47,378 bases of DNA from an uncultured Syntrophaceae bacterium (GTDB lineage: Bacteria; Desulfobacterota; BSN033; UBA1163). Below the pieces are notes generated by a model, which was given only the letters and a program-made list of their open reading frames with translations, was not told where the DNA came from and did no database searches. Position numbers and translations under genes: made by a program. The stretch lies in NCBI GenBank assembly GCA_964393245.1, contig CAYMTD010000001.1:1-47378 (forward strand), written 5' to 3'. The number at the start of each line of letters is the position of its first letter. Within the stretch, counting starts at the first letter, position 1. Positions 8,197-17,087 of this stretch are shown here, piece after piece.

Positions 8197-9402
8197 ATGG
8201 TCCCAGATGGAATCCTACGTTCCCTGGTGGTTCAAACCGATTCGAAGCTGTTGATGGTGGTCATCGATGGGTTAGGGGGATTGCCGGTCCGGGGCAGGAC
8301 GGAACTGGAGGCCGCAAAGCATCCCAACCTTGACCGCTTAACGGCTAAGTCGGTTTGCGGTTTAATCGATCCCATCTCTTACGGGATTACTCCTGGCAGC
8401 GGCCCTTCCCATCTCGCCCTTTTCGGATATGACCCCTTTCGATATGAAATTGGAAGAGGGGTGATGGAAGCCTTAGGCATTGGATTGACGCTGACGAAGG
8501 AGGACCTGACGGCGAGAGGCAATTTTGCGACGATCGATCAAACAGGGGTGATTGTGGATCGAAGGGCAGGCAGAATTTCAACGGAGAAGAACCAGGAGAT
8601 TTGCCGCTTCCTCCAGAACGAGATCAGGGAGGTCGACGGAGTTCAAATTTCTATTTATCCGGGGAAGGAACATCGCTTCGTCCTTCTTTTTCGTGGACAA
8701 GAGTTGAGGGAAGATCTCACCGATGCCGACCCTCAGAAGGACGGGTTCAAGGCAAAAAAAACGGAGGGGCTTTCCCCAGAGGCCCAAAGGACAGCCGAAG
8801 TGGTGAATGATTATATAAGAAAGGCCACCGATGCCCTGAAACCATTTCATCCTGCAAACACCATCCTGCTGAGAGGGTTTTCTAAGATTCCGGAGATCCC
8901 GACGATGGCCGATCGCTTTAAGCTCAGGGCAGCTGCCATCGCCACCTACCCGATGTATCGGGGGTTAGCGAGATTGGTGGGAATGGAAATTCTGGAGACA
9001 GGAGAAACCTATCAAAGGGAGATTGAAACCCTGAAAAGCCACCTTCATCGCTATGACTTCTTCTACGTTCATTTCAAGAAGACCGATTCAGCAGGAGAAG
9101 ACGGAAATTTTAAGATGAAGGTGAAGGCGATTGAGGAGATCGATCGGTTTTTTCCTTCCATCTTTAAACTCAACCCCGATGTCCTCGTCGTTACCGGAGA
9201 CCATTCGACGCCCACGGTTCTGAGATCTCATAGCTGGCATCCTAATCCTATCGTTCTATATTCCAAATATATTCGACCGGATGGCATCCGGCGCTTTACC
9301 GAGAGACAATGTCGACGAGGAGAATTAGGGAGGTTCCCAGCAGTGGAGATCCTTCCGCTTATGTTGGCGAATGGGTTAAAGTTGAAGAAGTTTGGAGCCT
9401 AA
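8197..9402 (+). CDS. apgM: cofactor-independent phosphoglycerate mutase, archaeal ApgM type
   Basis: 401 aa. LLMVVIDGLGG...HPNLDRL...GSGPSHLALFGYDP and C-terminal TGDHSTP metalloenzyme motifs. Confidence 0.75.
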   Translation: MVPDGILRSLVVQTDSKLLMVVIDGLGGLPVRGRTELEAAKHPNLDRLTAKSVCGLIDPISYGITPGSGPSHLALFGYDPFRYEIGRGVMEALGIGLTLTKEDLTARGNFATIDQTGVIVDRRAGRISTEKNQEICRFLQNEIREVDGVQISIYPGKEHRFVLLFRGQELREDLTDADPQKDGFKAKKTEGLSPEAQRTAEVVNDYIRKATDALKPFHPANTILLRGFSKIPEIPTMADRFKLRAAAIATYPMYRGLARLVGMEILETGETYQREIETLKSHLHRYDFFYVHFKKTDSAGEDGNFKMKVKAIEEIDRFFPSIFKLNPDVLVVTGDHSTPTVLRSHSWHPNPIVLYSKYIRPDGIRRFTERQCRRGELGRFPAVEILPLMLANGLKLKKFGA

Positions 9403-9405
9403 GCG

Positions 9406-9600
9406 TTGAAATTCCAAGCACCAAATTCCAAATCCCAAATAAACTCCAATTCCTCAATGTTCGAATAACTGAAACGCCCCTCACCCCATCTCTCTCCCCC
9501 CTAGGGGAGAGGGGAAGGGTGAGGGGATTGAATTTGGGTCATTGGGATTTCGGTCATTATTTGGTGCTTGGTTTTTGGAATTTGGTTATTGGAATTGAAA
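9406..9600. repeat. large low-complexity nested hairpin repeat
   Basis: CCAAA-rich left arm (ATTCCAAGCACCAAATTCCAAATCCCAAATAA) and complementary TTGG-rich right arm. They flank an inner palindrome CCCCTCACCCC...GGGGAGAGGGGAAGGGTGAGGGG. Confidence 0.7.
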
Positions 9601-9649
9601 GTTTATTGAGTCAACGCCCAAGTTGAACCCGCAACTCGGTTACAATAGG

Positions 9650-10588
9650 ATGAGAACGTTTCGTTATTTATATGGTCCTGTTCCTTCGAGAAGGCTTGGC
9701 AGGTCCGTGGGAGTCGACCTCGTTCCTCCCAAGGTTTGCACCTATGATTGTGTTTATTGCCAGGTCGGCAAAACAACGAAAAAGACGCTTCGGAGGAAAG
9801 AATATGTCCCCACGGCAGAAGTATTGGAAGAGGTGAGAGACTTTCTTTTGACAGGAGACCCCTCCATCGACCATTTCTCTCTCTCCGGCTCAGGTGAACC
9901 CACGCTTCACTCCCAGATCGGTTCAATCATCCAAGGGGTGAAGGCGATGTCCCCTATTCCTGTTGCTGTCCTCACGAATGGGTCGTTGCTCCATTTCGAG
10001 AGGGTGAGGGGCGATTTACGTCACGCCGATATTGTCCTCCCCTCTTTGGACGCCGTGTCCAGAGAGGTCTTTGTTAGAATCAATCGACCCCACAGGGGGA
10101 TTTCAGTGGAGAAGGTGATCGAGGGGTTGGTCGAATTCCGAAAAGTTTATCAAGGGCAGATCTGGTTAGAGATTCTTTTCTGCAAGGGGATAAACGATAC
10201 CGAGGACGAACTTCTTCAGATGAAGAGGGCCATCGATCGGATCGAGCCTGATCGTATTCATATCAACACGGTCATCCGTCCTCCCACGGAACCCTGGGCG
10301 GCTGCATTGAATTCGGGAGAGATGGAGAGAATTCAGGGCTTTTTTGGAGAAAAGGCCTCGATCATTTCGGAATTTGATCGGCATCCACTCTTCGTTTCCA
10401 AAATTGATGTCAAAGAAAAGATTATCAGAATTCTTGAGCGAAGGCCCCTCTCTTTTGTTGACCTCTCTGAGCGGATGGCTCTTTCAAAGAAAGAATTAGA
10501 GGCCACGATGCAACCGATGGTGAAAGAGGGGAAAATCAAAACCCGTCGCTTCGGGGATTCGGTCTATTATGAGGTTTCCAAGTCTTGA
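9650..10588 (+). CDS. radical SAM protein of unknown specificity with C-terminal winged-helix-like tail
   Basis: YGPVPSRRLGRSVGVDLVPPKVCTYDCVYCQ contains the CxxxCxxC radical SAM motif. ATG 9650 is preferred over the TTG at 9623. Confidence 0.75.
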   Translation: MRTFRYLYGPVPSRRLGRSVGVDLVPPKVCTYDCVYCQVGKTTKKTLRRKEYVPTAEVLEEVRDFLLTGDPSIDHFSLSGSGEPTLHSQIGSIIQGVKAMSPIPVAVLTNGSLLHFERVRGDLRHADIVLPSLDAVSREVFVRINRPHRGISVEKVIEGLVEFRKVYQGQIWLEILFCKGINDTEDELLQMKRAIDRIEPDRIHINTVIRPPTEPWAAALNSGEMERIQGFFGEKASIISEFDRHPLFVSKIDVKEKIIRILERRPLSFVDLSERMALSKKELEATMQPMVKEGKIKTRRFGDSVYYEVSKS

Positions 10589-10779
10589 TGGTCTTGTGAA
10601 AAGTCGCGATTTGTTTGTCACCCTGAACCAGGTCCTGAACCATGCCCTGAAACAAGTTCAGGGTCTAACGAATTCAGGATCTAGCGATTTCAGGGTCTGG
10701 TAGTCCTGGAATTTGTGAGATGCTGAACCAGGTTCAGCATGACATTTTTCCTGGCTTTCGAATTTTTACGAATTCATCA
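10586..10779. mobile_element. MITE-like element, TGATG...CATCA family, long variant
   Basis: Left end TGATGGTCTTGTGAAAAGTC, right end GAATTTTTACGAATTCATCA. The interior is built of hairpin modules (GTCACCCTGAACCAGG..., GCTGAACCAGGTTCAGCATGAC). Confidence 0.6.
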
Positions 10780-10847
10780 GGTCTTGATTGTTTCATTACA
10801 GAGAGGCGTTGTCGGCTTTTTCAGAAATCTTCCCAAAGGAGTTTGAA

Positions 10848-11636
10848 ATGAAGATCCTGCTATCCGTCTTATCCTGTTTACTCGTTTTCCCTTGGCTAGC
10901 GGCCGCCTCGATAAATGAGCAGGGGACCCCGTCATCGAAAGAAATAACTCTTCTGGCGGAATCTGGTAAGACGTCTGAGGGTTCATCAGAGGGCAAAGAA
11001 ACGAAATCCCCAAAGGCCATTGAAGATTATGAAAAAGAAAAGCTCGCCAAGTACAAACAGAATATTGGAAAAAGATTTCTGGCGGTTCGAACGGCCCGCC
11101 CACCGGAATTCTTTGAATCTCCGAACGATTTAAGAAAAAAGATTAAAGTTAAAGAAAAAGAGGAATTCCAGGTGATCGAGGTGGTCCAGAATCAGTCCGG
11201 AACGATGAATTTCTACAAGGTAAGGCTGGAAGCGGGAAAAATCGGGTATTTGGGCGCCGATGGAAACAATTTGGAAATACGGATAAAGGACGGGAGTCTC
11301 ATTCCGATCACTCCGAAAGTCGGGAAGCGAAGCCGGAGCTTTAGAGAAGAGGCTTCTCGAGCCATCGACCTCGTGAAGAACACCTTGATCCCCTCCGATC
11401 CGGCGACCAAGGATAAGAGAACGATTGAGAGAAGAATGCTTGAATTAAGGGCGACTTCCTCCCCGAAATTGAAGTGGAGATACGAGGCGAAAGAGATTGG
11501 GAACCACCGATACAGAGTTTCGCAGGTAGCAGAAGGCGAATCGGACCGGCCGATCGTTCGGACGTGGGTCGTCGATCTCTCAGCGCGCAAAGTAACTCCT
11601 GAAAATCAAGCTGCCAGGGATCTCTACCGGTATTAG
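10848..11636 (+). CDS. hypothetical exported protein
   Basis: SD AAGGAG then ATG. MKILLSVLSCLLVFPWLAAAS looks like a signal peptide. The rest is K/E-rich with no family I recognise. Confidence 0.5.
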   Translation: MKILLSVLSCLLVFPWLAAASINEQGTPSSKEITLLAESGKTSEGSSEGKETKSPKAIEDYEKEKLAKYKQNIGKRFLAVRTARPPEFFESPNDLRKKIKVKEKEEFQVIEVVQNQSGTMNFYKVRLEAGKIGYLGADGNNLEIRIKDGSLIPITPKVGKRSRSFREEASRAIDLVKNTLIPSDPATKDKRTIERRMLELRATSSPKLKWRYEAKEIGNHRYRVSQVAEGESDRPIVRTWVVDLSARKVTPENQAARDLYRY

Positions 11637-11659
11637 GAATTCTTCGGACGGCAGGGAGC

Positions 11660-11932
11660 CTAAAGGTCAGTGATCGCCTGCTCAATCTTTTTCAGGAGCA
11701 TGATGTCAATGTTTCCGTTTCTCCAATCCCAACTGGCATCGATTTCTGCCCGGCTCAGTTCTACTTCTTTGCTCCTCTCTCCTTTTGAGAGAGCGAAGAT
11801 ATAAGAGAAATCGATCTTTCTCATGCTTTCGATCCCCACCTCTGGATCACTCCTCTGAATCAAAGAGTCCACGAGACGCTTCACTTCCCCCTTATCGTCG
11901 AAGATGCTAAATCCCTCAAATTCTCGGACCAT
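11660..11932 (-). CDS. hypothetical small protein (90 aa) downstream of the DUF35 gene
   Basis: Start chosen at the internal ATG (MVREFEGFSIFDDKGEV...) because the longer ORF overlaps the DUF35 gene. No recognisable motif. Confidence 0.3.
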   Translation of the reverse strand: MVREFEGFSIFDDKGEVKRLVDSLIQRSDPEVGIESMRKIDFSYIFALSKGERSKEVELSRAEIDASWDWRNGNIDIMLLKKIEQAITDL

Positions 11933-12047
11933 CTCGCCTTGTCTCTCAAAGGAAGATCGAGCTTTCTGAAGTAAGAGACTTCGCCTTCCCCGCCAAGCCA
12001 GGTGCTTGCCGGACACGTGCCGATTGCAACTTTCCGTTCCCGACGAG

Positions 12048-12461
12048 TTAAGCTTTGGTAAGCTCGAAGGAAAGCTGCCCGTCGTCATATTTCAGAGGCC
12101 GAACGGATATGTCCATGCCCACCCGTATCTCTTCAGGGTTTATGTCCTTGGCCATTCGGGCGAACAGCTTCATCCCATCGCCAAAGTCCACAACGCCCAT
12201 TGTGTAAGGAGGGTCTCCCTCGAAGCCAACCGGTGCGTAGTACGCTGTGGTAAATGTCTCGAGTTTCCCCTTTTTGGGCATATCAAACCACTCCATATTT
12301 TTTGACAAGCATTTTGCACAGTCTGCCCTTGGAGGGAAAAACCTTGCACCGCAATCCTTACAAGCGGTCCCTTTGATCTTCCCTTCTGCAAGAAAGTCGA
12401 CAAACTTTGCCGTCTTGGTGGCTGCCGTAAAGCTTTTTCTTCCGAATTTCTCAAATCCCAT
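12048..12461 (-). CDS. DUF35 OB-fold / Zn-ribbon protein (thiolase-associated)
   Basis: 137 aa. Zn ribbon CKDCGARFFPPRADCAKC followed by an OB-fold region. Sits immediately downstream of an SCP-x-type thiolase, as is usual for this family. Confidence 0.8.
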   Translation of the reverse strand: MGFEKFGRKSFTAATKTAKFVDFLAEGKIKGTACKDCGARFFPPRADCAKCLSKNMEWFDMPKKGKLETFTTAYYAPVGFEGDPPYTMGVVDFGDGMKLFARMAKDINPEEIRVGMDISVRPLKYDDGQLSFELTKA

Positions 12462-12547
12462 ATCTCACCTCATTTGGAAACCTTCAATGCAGGCCCCCCT
12501 CCCTAACCGTCCCCCCTTGAGAGGGAAGAAGAGGGGCTGATCTTTTC

Positions 12548-13735
12548 TCATCCTTTGGCAAAGATGGTGACATTCCCGTATAGTCCTACGCCACCAATGT
12601 TGTGCACAAGTCCCATATCCGGCTCCCCTGTCACCTGCATGGGGCCCGCATCACCGCGGAGCTGAAGAACAATGGTCCGGATCTGGGATCCCCCGGTTGC
12701 ACCAATGGGATGGCCTTTTGACAGGAGTCCACCGTCGACGTTTACGGGTATCCTTCCCTCCTTATAGGTTGCCTTTTCCCGTATGAGCTGTTTTCCCTCG
12801 CCCACGGGTGCAAATCCAAGACCCTCGTATGCCATGATCTCTGCGATGGTGAAACAGTCGTGCACTTCGGCAACCTTGATGTCCTTTGCTGTGATTCCGG
12901 CCATTTTGTAGGCCTCTGCCGCGGCTGCGTAACCCACGCTCAGCCCCTTGCTAAAATCGGGCCTTGCTGCCATGTTGACCGCCTCGGAGGCCGACCCAAT
13001 GCCGATGACCCAGATGGGTTTCTTCGTCATGGCCTTGGCTTTTTCGGCGTTAGCCACGATGATACAGGAGCTTCCGTCTGCATTTGCACAGCAATCACCC
13101 ACCCGGAGCGGCCATGCTACCGGGGCTGCCATTTTGGCCTCAGGGTCGCCCTGCTTAAAGTCTTCCGGTTTTACGGGCTTCCTGTAGACAGCCCTCTCGT
13201 TGATTACCCCGTAAGTCGATGCTTTTATCCTCACCTTCATTAGGTCATCATGGGTGACGCCGTGCTTCGCCATGTAGGCTTGCGCATAGAGGGCGTAATA
13301 CGCAGGCATCATGGTCCCGAAAGGAGCTTCCCACTGGATGTCAGCGCCGCGGCCCATTCTCTCCTGGGACTCCGCAGACGTGATCTCGGACATCTTCTGG
13401 AATCCAAGGACGACGACGACGTCGTGAAGGCCAGACTTAATCAGGCCATACGCTACTTTGAGGCCGCTACTGCTCGAAGAGCAAATGGTTTCCACATAGA
13501 GCGTCGGCTGAGGAACGAGGCCCAAATATTCTGCAAGAACACCTGCGGGCGAGCGTTGTTTGTCATATTCAGGGGCCGAACAGAAGATCGAAGCATTCAC
13601 ATCCTTCTGAGAGAGGCCCGCATCTTGCATGGCTTCCCTGAAAGCCTCGAATGCCAGTTCCCGAATGGATCCTTCGTAACCCCTGACAAAGCTACTCTGA
13701 CCTACACCGATGACCGCCACTTCTTTTTTCATCAA
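12548..13735 (-). CDS. thiolase-domain protein (SCP-x / archaeal-type thiolase)
   Basis: 395 aa. VAVIGVGQSSF N-terminus, nucleophile context ETICSSSSSG, C-terminal GHPIGATG and NIGG. Confidence 0.8.
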   Translation of the reverse strand: MMKKEVAVIGVGQSSFVRGYEGSIRELAFEAFREAMQDAGLSQKDVNASIFCSAPEYDKQRSPAGVLAEYLGLVPQPTLYVETICSSSSSGLKVAYGLIKSGLHDVVVVLGFQKMSEITSAESQERMGRGADIQWEAPFGTMMPAYYALYAQAYMAKHGVTHDDLMKVRIKASTYGVINERAVYRKPVKPEDFKQGDPEAKMAAPVAWPLRVGDCCANADGSSCIIVANAEKAKAMTKKPIWVIGIGSASEAVNMAARPDFSKGLSVGYAAAAEAYKMAGITAKDIKVAEVHDCFTIAEIMAYEGLGFAPVGEGKQLIREKATYKEGRIPVNVDGGLLSKGHPIGATGGSQIRTIVLQLRGDAGPMQVTGEPDMGLVHNIGGVGLYGNVTIFAKG

Positions 13736-14025
13736 TTCCTCCTCTCACCCTTTTAGAAAGCCCTGCTCGACACTATGTCTGCCGGCAGTCCCAGGCGAGT
13801 CAAGCAGGCGCCTTATGTATGACGGGGATGAAATAGATTGGTTTTTCAACCTCCATCGAAAGGGCCGGGTGAAACTCCGGCCATCTCTTATGAAGTAAAT
13901 TTCATTGATCGATTTCAAAGATAATGGAGACCTCATTTTTTTTCAAGCCATTTTTTGAGGATCTCCCAAAAAGCCCGGAAGTCCCTGATTACACGGATTA
14001 AGAATCGATTACACAGATCAGTTTC

Positions 14026-15066
14026 TCATTTTGATGCTTTGTTAGCACCCCTTTTCTGATATTTCCATACGGCTCGATGATGCTCTTCGATGGTCGATGA
14101 GAAATGATGAGACCCATCGTTTCTGGATACGAAATAGAGATGGGAAACAGGGGAAGGATAGAGGGCAGCAAGGATCGCATCTTTTCCGGGATTGCAAATC
14201 GGTGTTGGCGGCAGTCCGTTGATGAGATAAGTATTGTAGGGCGATGGCCTCTCAAGGTCTGCTCGGGTCAAATTTCCGTTGAAATTCTTTATCCCGTAGA
14301 TCACTGTGGGATCGCTCTGCAGAGGCATCTTCTTTTTTAAACGATTGTGGAACACTGCCGAGACGATCGGTTTCTCTTCCGGGAGGGAAGCCTCCTTTTC
14401 AATGATGGATGCGAGGATGACGGCTTCCCGTTGAGATAGTCCCAACTGGGAGGCCCTTTGGATCAATTTTTGATTGAAGACCTTTTGAAATTGATGAACC
14501 ATGATCTGAATGATTTCCTCCGGGTTCATCTCTCTCATGAGATGATAGGTACTCGGGAAGAGATACCCCTCCAGTGTGGAGACCGGCTTGCTGGCCACGG
14601 AATACGGAAGACCTAAAGAGAGGAGGAGCGCAGGAGATGAGGCTTTTTCGAGGAATGTTTTTTTTTCAACAATGTCTAAATCTTCGAGAAGCTGGGCGAC
14701 CTGAGAAAGAGTCAATCCCTCGGCAATGGTGACCAGATGGTATTTCGTCTGCCCTGTGGCGAGAAGATTTAAGACCTGCCAGGGATGCATGGAGCTATGA
14801 AATTCATATTCTCCAGCCTTAATCTCTTTCTTCTTCCCGAGGAGGATGGTCATTCCCATAAAGAAGTTCGCATCTCGGATGATCCTTTCTTCTTCAAGCC
14901 GGATTGAGACTTTTCGGAGGGGACTCCCTTTCTTGATCATAATGGTCTTCGTCATGAATGGGCCCGAGGGAGGACTTAAGAAAAACCAGTAGATGGCAGA
15001 CAGGCCGAGAAGAAAGAAACCGAGGGCAATGAGAAGGGCTTTATGTTTAGAAGCAAATGCTTTCAT
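14026..15066 (-). CDS. mltG: endolytic murein transglycosylase MltG (YceG family)
   Basis: 346 aa. N-terminal TM helix and YceG-like body (GEYEF..., ASIIEKEA, LQSDPTVIYG, YNTY...GLPPTPI). Confidence 0.8.
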   Translation of the reverse strand: MKAFASKHKALLIALGFFLLGLSAIYWFFLSPPSGPFMTKTIMIKKGSPLRKVSIRLEEERIIRDANFFMGMTILLGKKKEIKAGEYEFHSSMHPWQVLNLLATGQTKYHLVTIAEGLTLSQVAQLLEDLDIVEKKTFLEKASSPALLLSLGLPYSVASKPVSTLEGYLFPSTYHLMREMNPEEIIQIMVHQFQKVFNQKLIQRASQLGLSQREAVILASIIEKEASLPEEKPIVSAVFHNRLKKKMPLQSDPTVIYGIKNFNGNLTRADLERPSPYNTYLINGLPPTPICNPGKDAILAALYPSPVSHLYFVSRNDGSHHFSSTIEEHHRAVWKYQKRGANKASK

Positions 15067-15481
15067 CCGAATTCTTGCCCCTATCGATGTGCCCCTGGAG
15101 AATGATTACAGCCGCCAGTTTGTCGAGTGCCTTCCTCCTTTTCCTCCTTGAGACGTCGGCTTCCAAAAGAACCTTTGAGGCTTCAACGGTAGTGAAACGC
15201 TCATCCCAGGTCTCCACAGGAAGATGAACCCTTTCCTTAAGATCTCTTATCCACCGAAGAACCAATTCGGCTTGTTTGCCCAACGTTCCGTTCATATTCA
15301 GAGGAAGGCCGACTACAATCTTCTCAATTTGAAACTGGTTAATGATTCTTCCGATCTCTTCAAAATCGGCTTGTTTCGATGTCCGTCTTATTGTCTTCAG
15401 GGCTTGGGCAGTAATTCCGAGTTCATCGCTGATTGCGACCCCTATTGTATGGGAGCCAATATCTAATCCCATGATTCTCAT
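15047..15481 (-). CDS. ruvX: putative pre-16S rRNA nuclease / Holliday-junction-resolvase-like RuvX (YqgF)
   Basis: 144 aa. MGLDIGSHTIGVAISD..., VVGLPLNMNG, DERFTT motifs. Overlaps the mltG start by 20 nt. Confidence 0.85.
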   Translation of the reverse strand: MRIMGLDIGSHTIGVAISDELGITAQALKTIRRTSKQADFEEIGRIINQFQIEKIVVGLPLNMNGTLGKQAELVLRWIRDLKERVHLPVETWDERFTTVEASKVLLEADVSRRKRRKALDKLAAVIILQGHIDRGKNSDESICF

Positions 15482-15604
15482 TTTTTGTTTATCGCTTATT
15501 TGATTATCCTTGTCAAGAACGACTTAATTTCCCATGGCCTAAAATTAAAAATAGCCAATAATTACAGAGAATTACAAAAAACAAGAACCCGATAATTAAA
15601 GTTG

Positions 15605-15633
15605 TTGACAAAAAAATATTGGTTTGTTATAAA
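15605..15633 (+). promoter_or_regulatory. sigma70-like promoter for ACAD-3
   Basis: TTGACA (15605-15610), 17-nt spacer, TATAAA (15628-15633). About 30 nt before the SD AAGGAGGGGAGG. Confidence 0.55.
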
Positions 15634-15664
15634 TTGCACAATCTAAAGGAGGGGAGGCGAAGAT

Positions 15665-16810
15665 ATGGATTTTTCTTTAACAGAAGAGCAAGAGGCAATG
15701 CGGGAAATGGCCAAAAATTTTGCAGAGAAAAAAATAGCACCCACGATGGAGGAGGATGAAAAAGAGCACCGATTCCGTCGAGAAATCGTCAAGGAGATGG
15801 CCAAACTCGGATTCTTCGGATGCATCGCACCGGAGAAATATGGGGGGAATGAAAGCGGTTACCTTGGTGCCACGGTCATGACGGAAGAGATTGCAAGGAT
15901 TTCACCTTCGTGGGGACTCCCATTTAATCTCCAGATGAACTCCATTCAATCGGTATTGCTCAACTTCGGGACTGAGGCCCAGCGGGAGCGCTGGATTCCC
16001 AAACTAATCAATGCAGACCTTTTGGGTTGTTTCGCCATCACCGAAGCAAATTCCGGATCCGATGTGGCCTCCATGAAGAGCTCTGCCCAGGAGGTAGAGG
16101 ACGGGTTCATCCTCAATGGAACGAAGATGTGGATTTCGGGCATTCCGGTAGCCGATCTCGGTATCGTGTATGCTTTCACGGATCGGGCAGCAAAGCATCG
16201 GGGAATTTCGGCGTTTCTCGTCGATATGCATGCCCCCGGGGTCACCCAAAAAGCCATTGAGTCCAAGCTCGGGCTTTTTTGCTCCCCCACTGGAGAGATC
16301 GTCTTTGAAAATGTCAAGCTGCCGAAAGATAGCCTGGTGGGTCAGAAAGGGGATGGGTTCAAGATCTGTATGGCTATGCTGGACAATACCCGGCTCTCCT
16401 GCGCAGCAAGAGCGGTAGGAGTGGCCCGGGCCTGCAAGGAACACAGTGTTCGTTATGCGAATGAGCGGGAACAGTTCGGTCAACCCATTGCCAATTTCCA
16501 GATGATCCAAGAGCAGATTGCAGAAATGTTCGTGGAGGAGGAAGCCGCACGATTGCTGGTCTATCGGGCCGCCTGGAATAGGGACAAAGGGGCTCGGAAT
16601 ACCGTCGAGGTTTCGACGGCAAAATATTTTGCAGCGGAGATAGCCGTCCGGGCAGCAAACACGGCAGTCAAGATCTTCGGCTCCTATGGCTTTTCATCCG
16701 AATATCCTGTGGAGAGGTTCTATCGGGATGCCAAGTCTTATCAGATCGTGGAAGGAACATCCAATATCCAGAAGATGATCATTGCAAGGAGTGTGTTGGG
16801 TCTCAAATAA
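15665..16810 (+). CDS. acyl-CoA dehydrogenase (ACAD-3; glutaryl-CoA dehydrogenase-like role possible, not proven)
   Basis: 381 aa. GCFAITEANSGSD, KMWISG, YQIVEGTSNIQ. Followed by a biotinyl-carrier gene. Confidence 0.85.
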   Translation: MDFSLTEEQEAMREMAKNFAEKKIAPTMEEDEKEHRFRREIVKEMAKLGFFGCIAPEKYGGNESGYLGATVMTEEIARISPSWGLPFNLQMNSIQSVLLNFGTEAQRERWIPKLINADLLGCFAITEANSGSDVASMKSSAQEVEDGFILNGTKMWISGIPVADLGIVYAFTDRAAKHRGISAFLVDMHAPGVTQKAIESKLGLFCSPTGEIVFENVKLPKDSLVGQKGDGFKICMAMLDNTRLSCAARAVGVARACKEHSVRYANEREQFGQPIANFQMIQEQIAEMFVEEEAARLLVYRAAWNRDKGARNTVEVSTAKYFAAEIAVRAANTAVKIFGSYGFSSEYPVERFYRDAKSYQIVEGTSNIQKMIIARSVLGLK

Positions 16811-16853
16811 CTCTGTTGGGTGAAGAAATCTGATTGGCAGGGAGGAGAATGTT

Positions 16854-17069
16854 ATGGCGACACCGGTGACCGTCCCAATGGTGGGAAAGATTGTTTCTGT
16901 GATTGTGAAAGCAGGAGATCGTGTGCAGGAGGATGATCAGGTGGCTGTGTTGGAAGCGATGAAGATGGAGATGCCGATTGTTGCTCCAATTACCGGAACA
17001 GTGAAAGAAGTTTCTGTGAAGGCAGGTCAGGAGGTTGAGGCAGAAGCGGTCATTGCCATTATCGAATAA
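16854..17069 (+). CDS. stand-alone biotinyl/lipoyl-carrier domain protein (71 aa)
   Basis: VLEAMKMEMPI contains the AMKM biotinylation motif. Domain-only size. Confidence 0.8.
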   Translation: MATPVTVPMVGKIVSVIVKAGDRVQEDDQVAVLEAMKMEMPIVAPITGTVKEVSVKAGQEVEAEAVIAIIE

Positions 17070-17087
17070 CTGTGACGTCAGGGAGAA

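Noticed and set aside
9309-9626. 105-aa ORF crossing the apgM 3' end and the giant hairpin
   Set aside because: It overlaps apgM in another frame and then translates the low-complexity palindrome (…LTPSLSPLGERGRVRG…). This is a repeat artefact.
10586-10779. Possible CRISPR array, because short hairpin units recur (also near 25560, 28046, 32602, 35073, 45344)
   Set aside because: The units are not regularly spaced direct repeats with unique spacers. They are scattered singly or as foldbacks, and no cas genes are present.
11660-12088. Full-length 142-aa version of the minus-strand ORF
   Set aside because: Its first 52 codons overlap the 3' end of the DUF35 gene and are Ser/Arg-rich. The internal ATG at 11932 gives a non-overlapping 90-aa product, itself only weakly supported.
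13250-13756. 168-aa plus-strand ORF
   Set aside because: It is antisense to the SCP-x-type thiolase gene and has no supporting signals.
15665-16810. Naming ACAD-3 as glutaryl-CoA dehydrogenase
   Set aside because: Only context (the adjacent biotinyl carrier) supports it. I cannot reliably distinguish the diagnostic residues by eye, so it stays as a generic ACAD with a flagged hypothesis.
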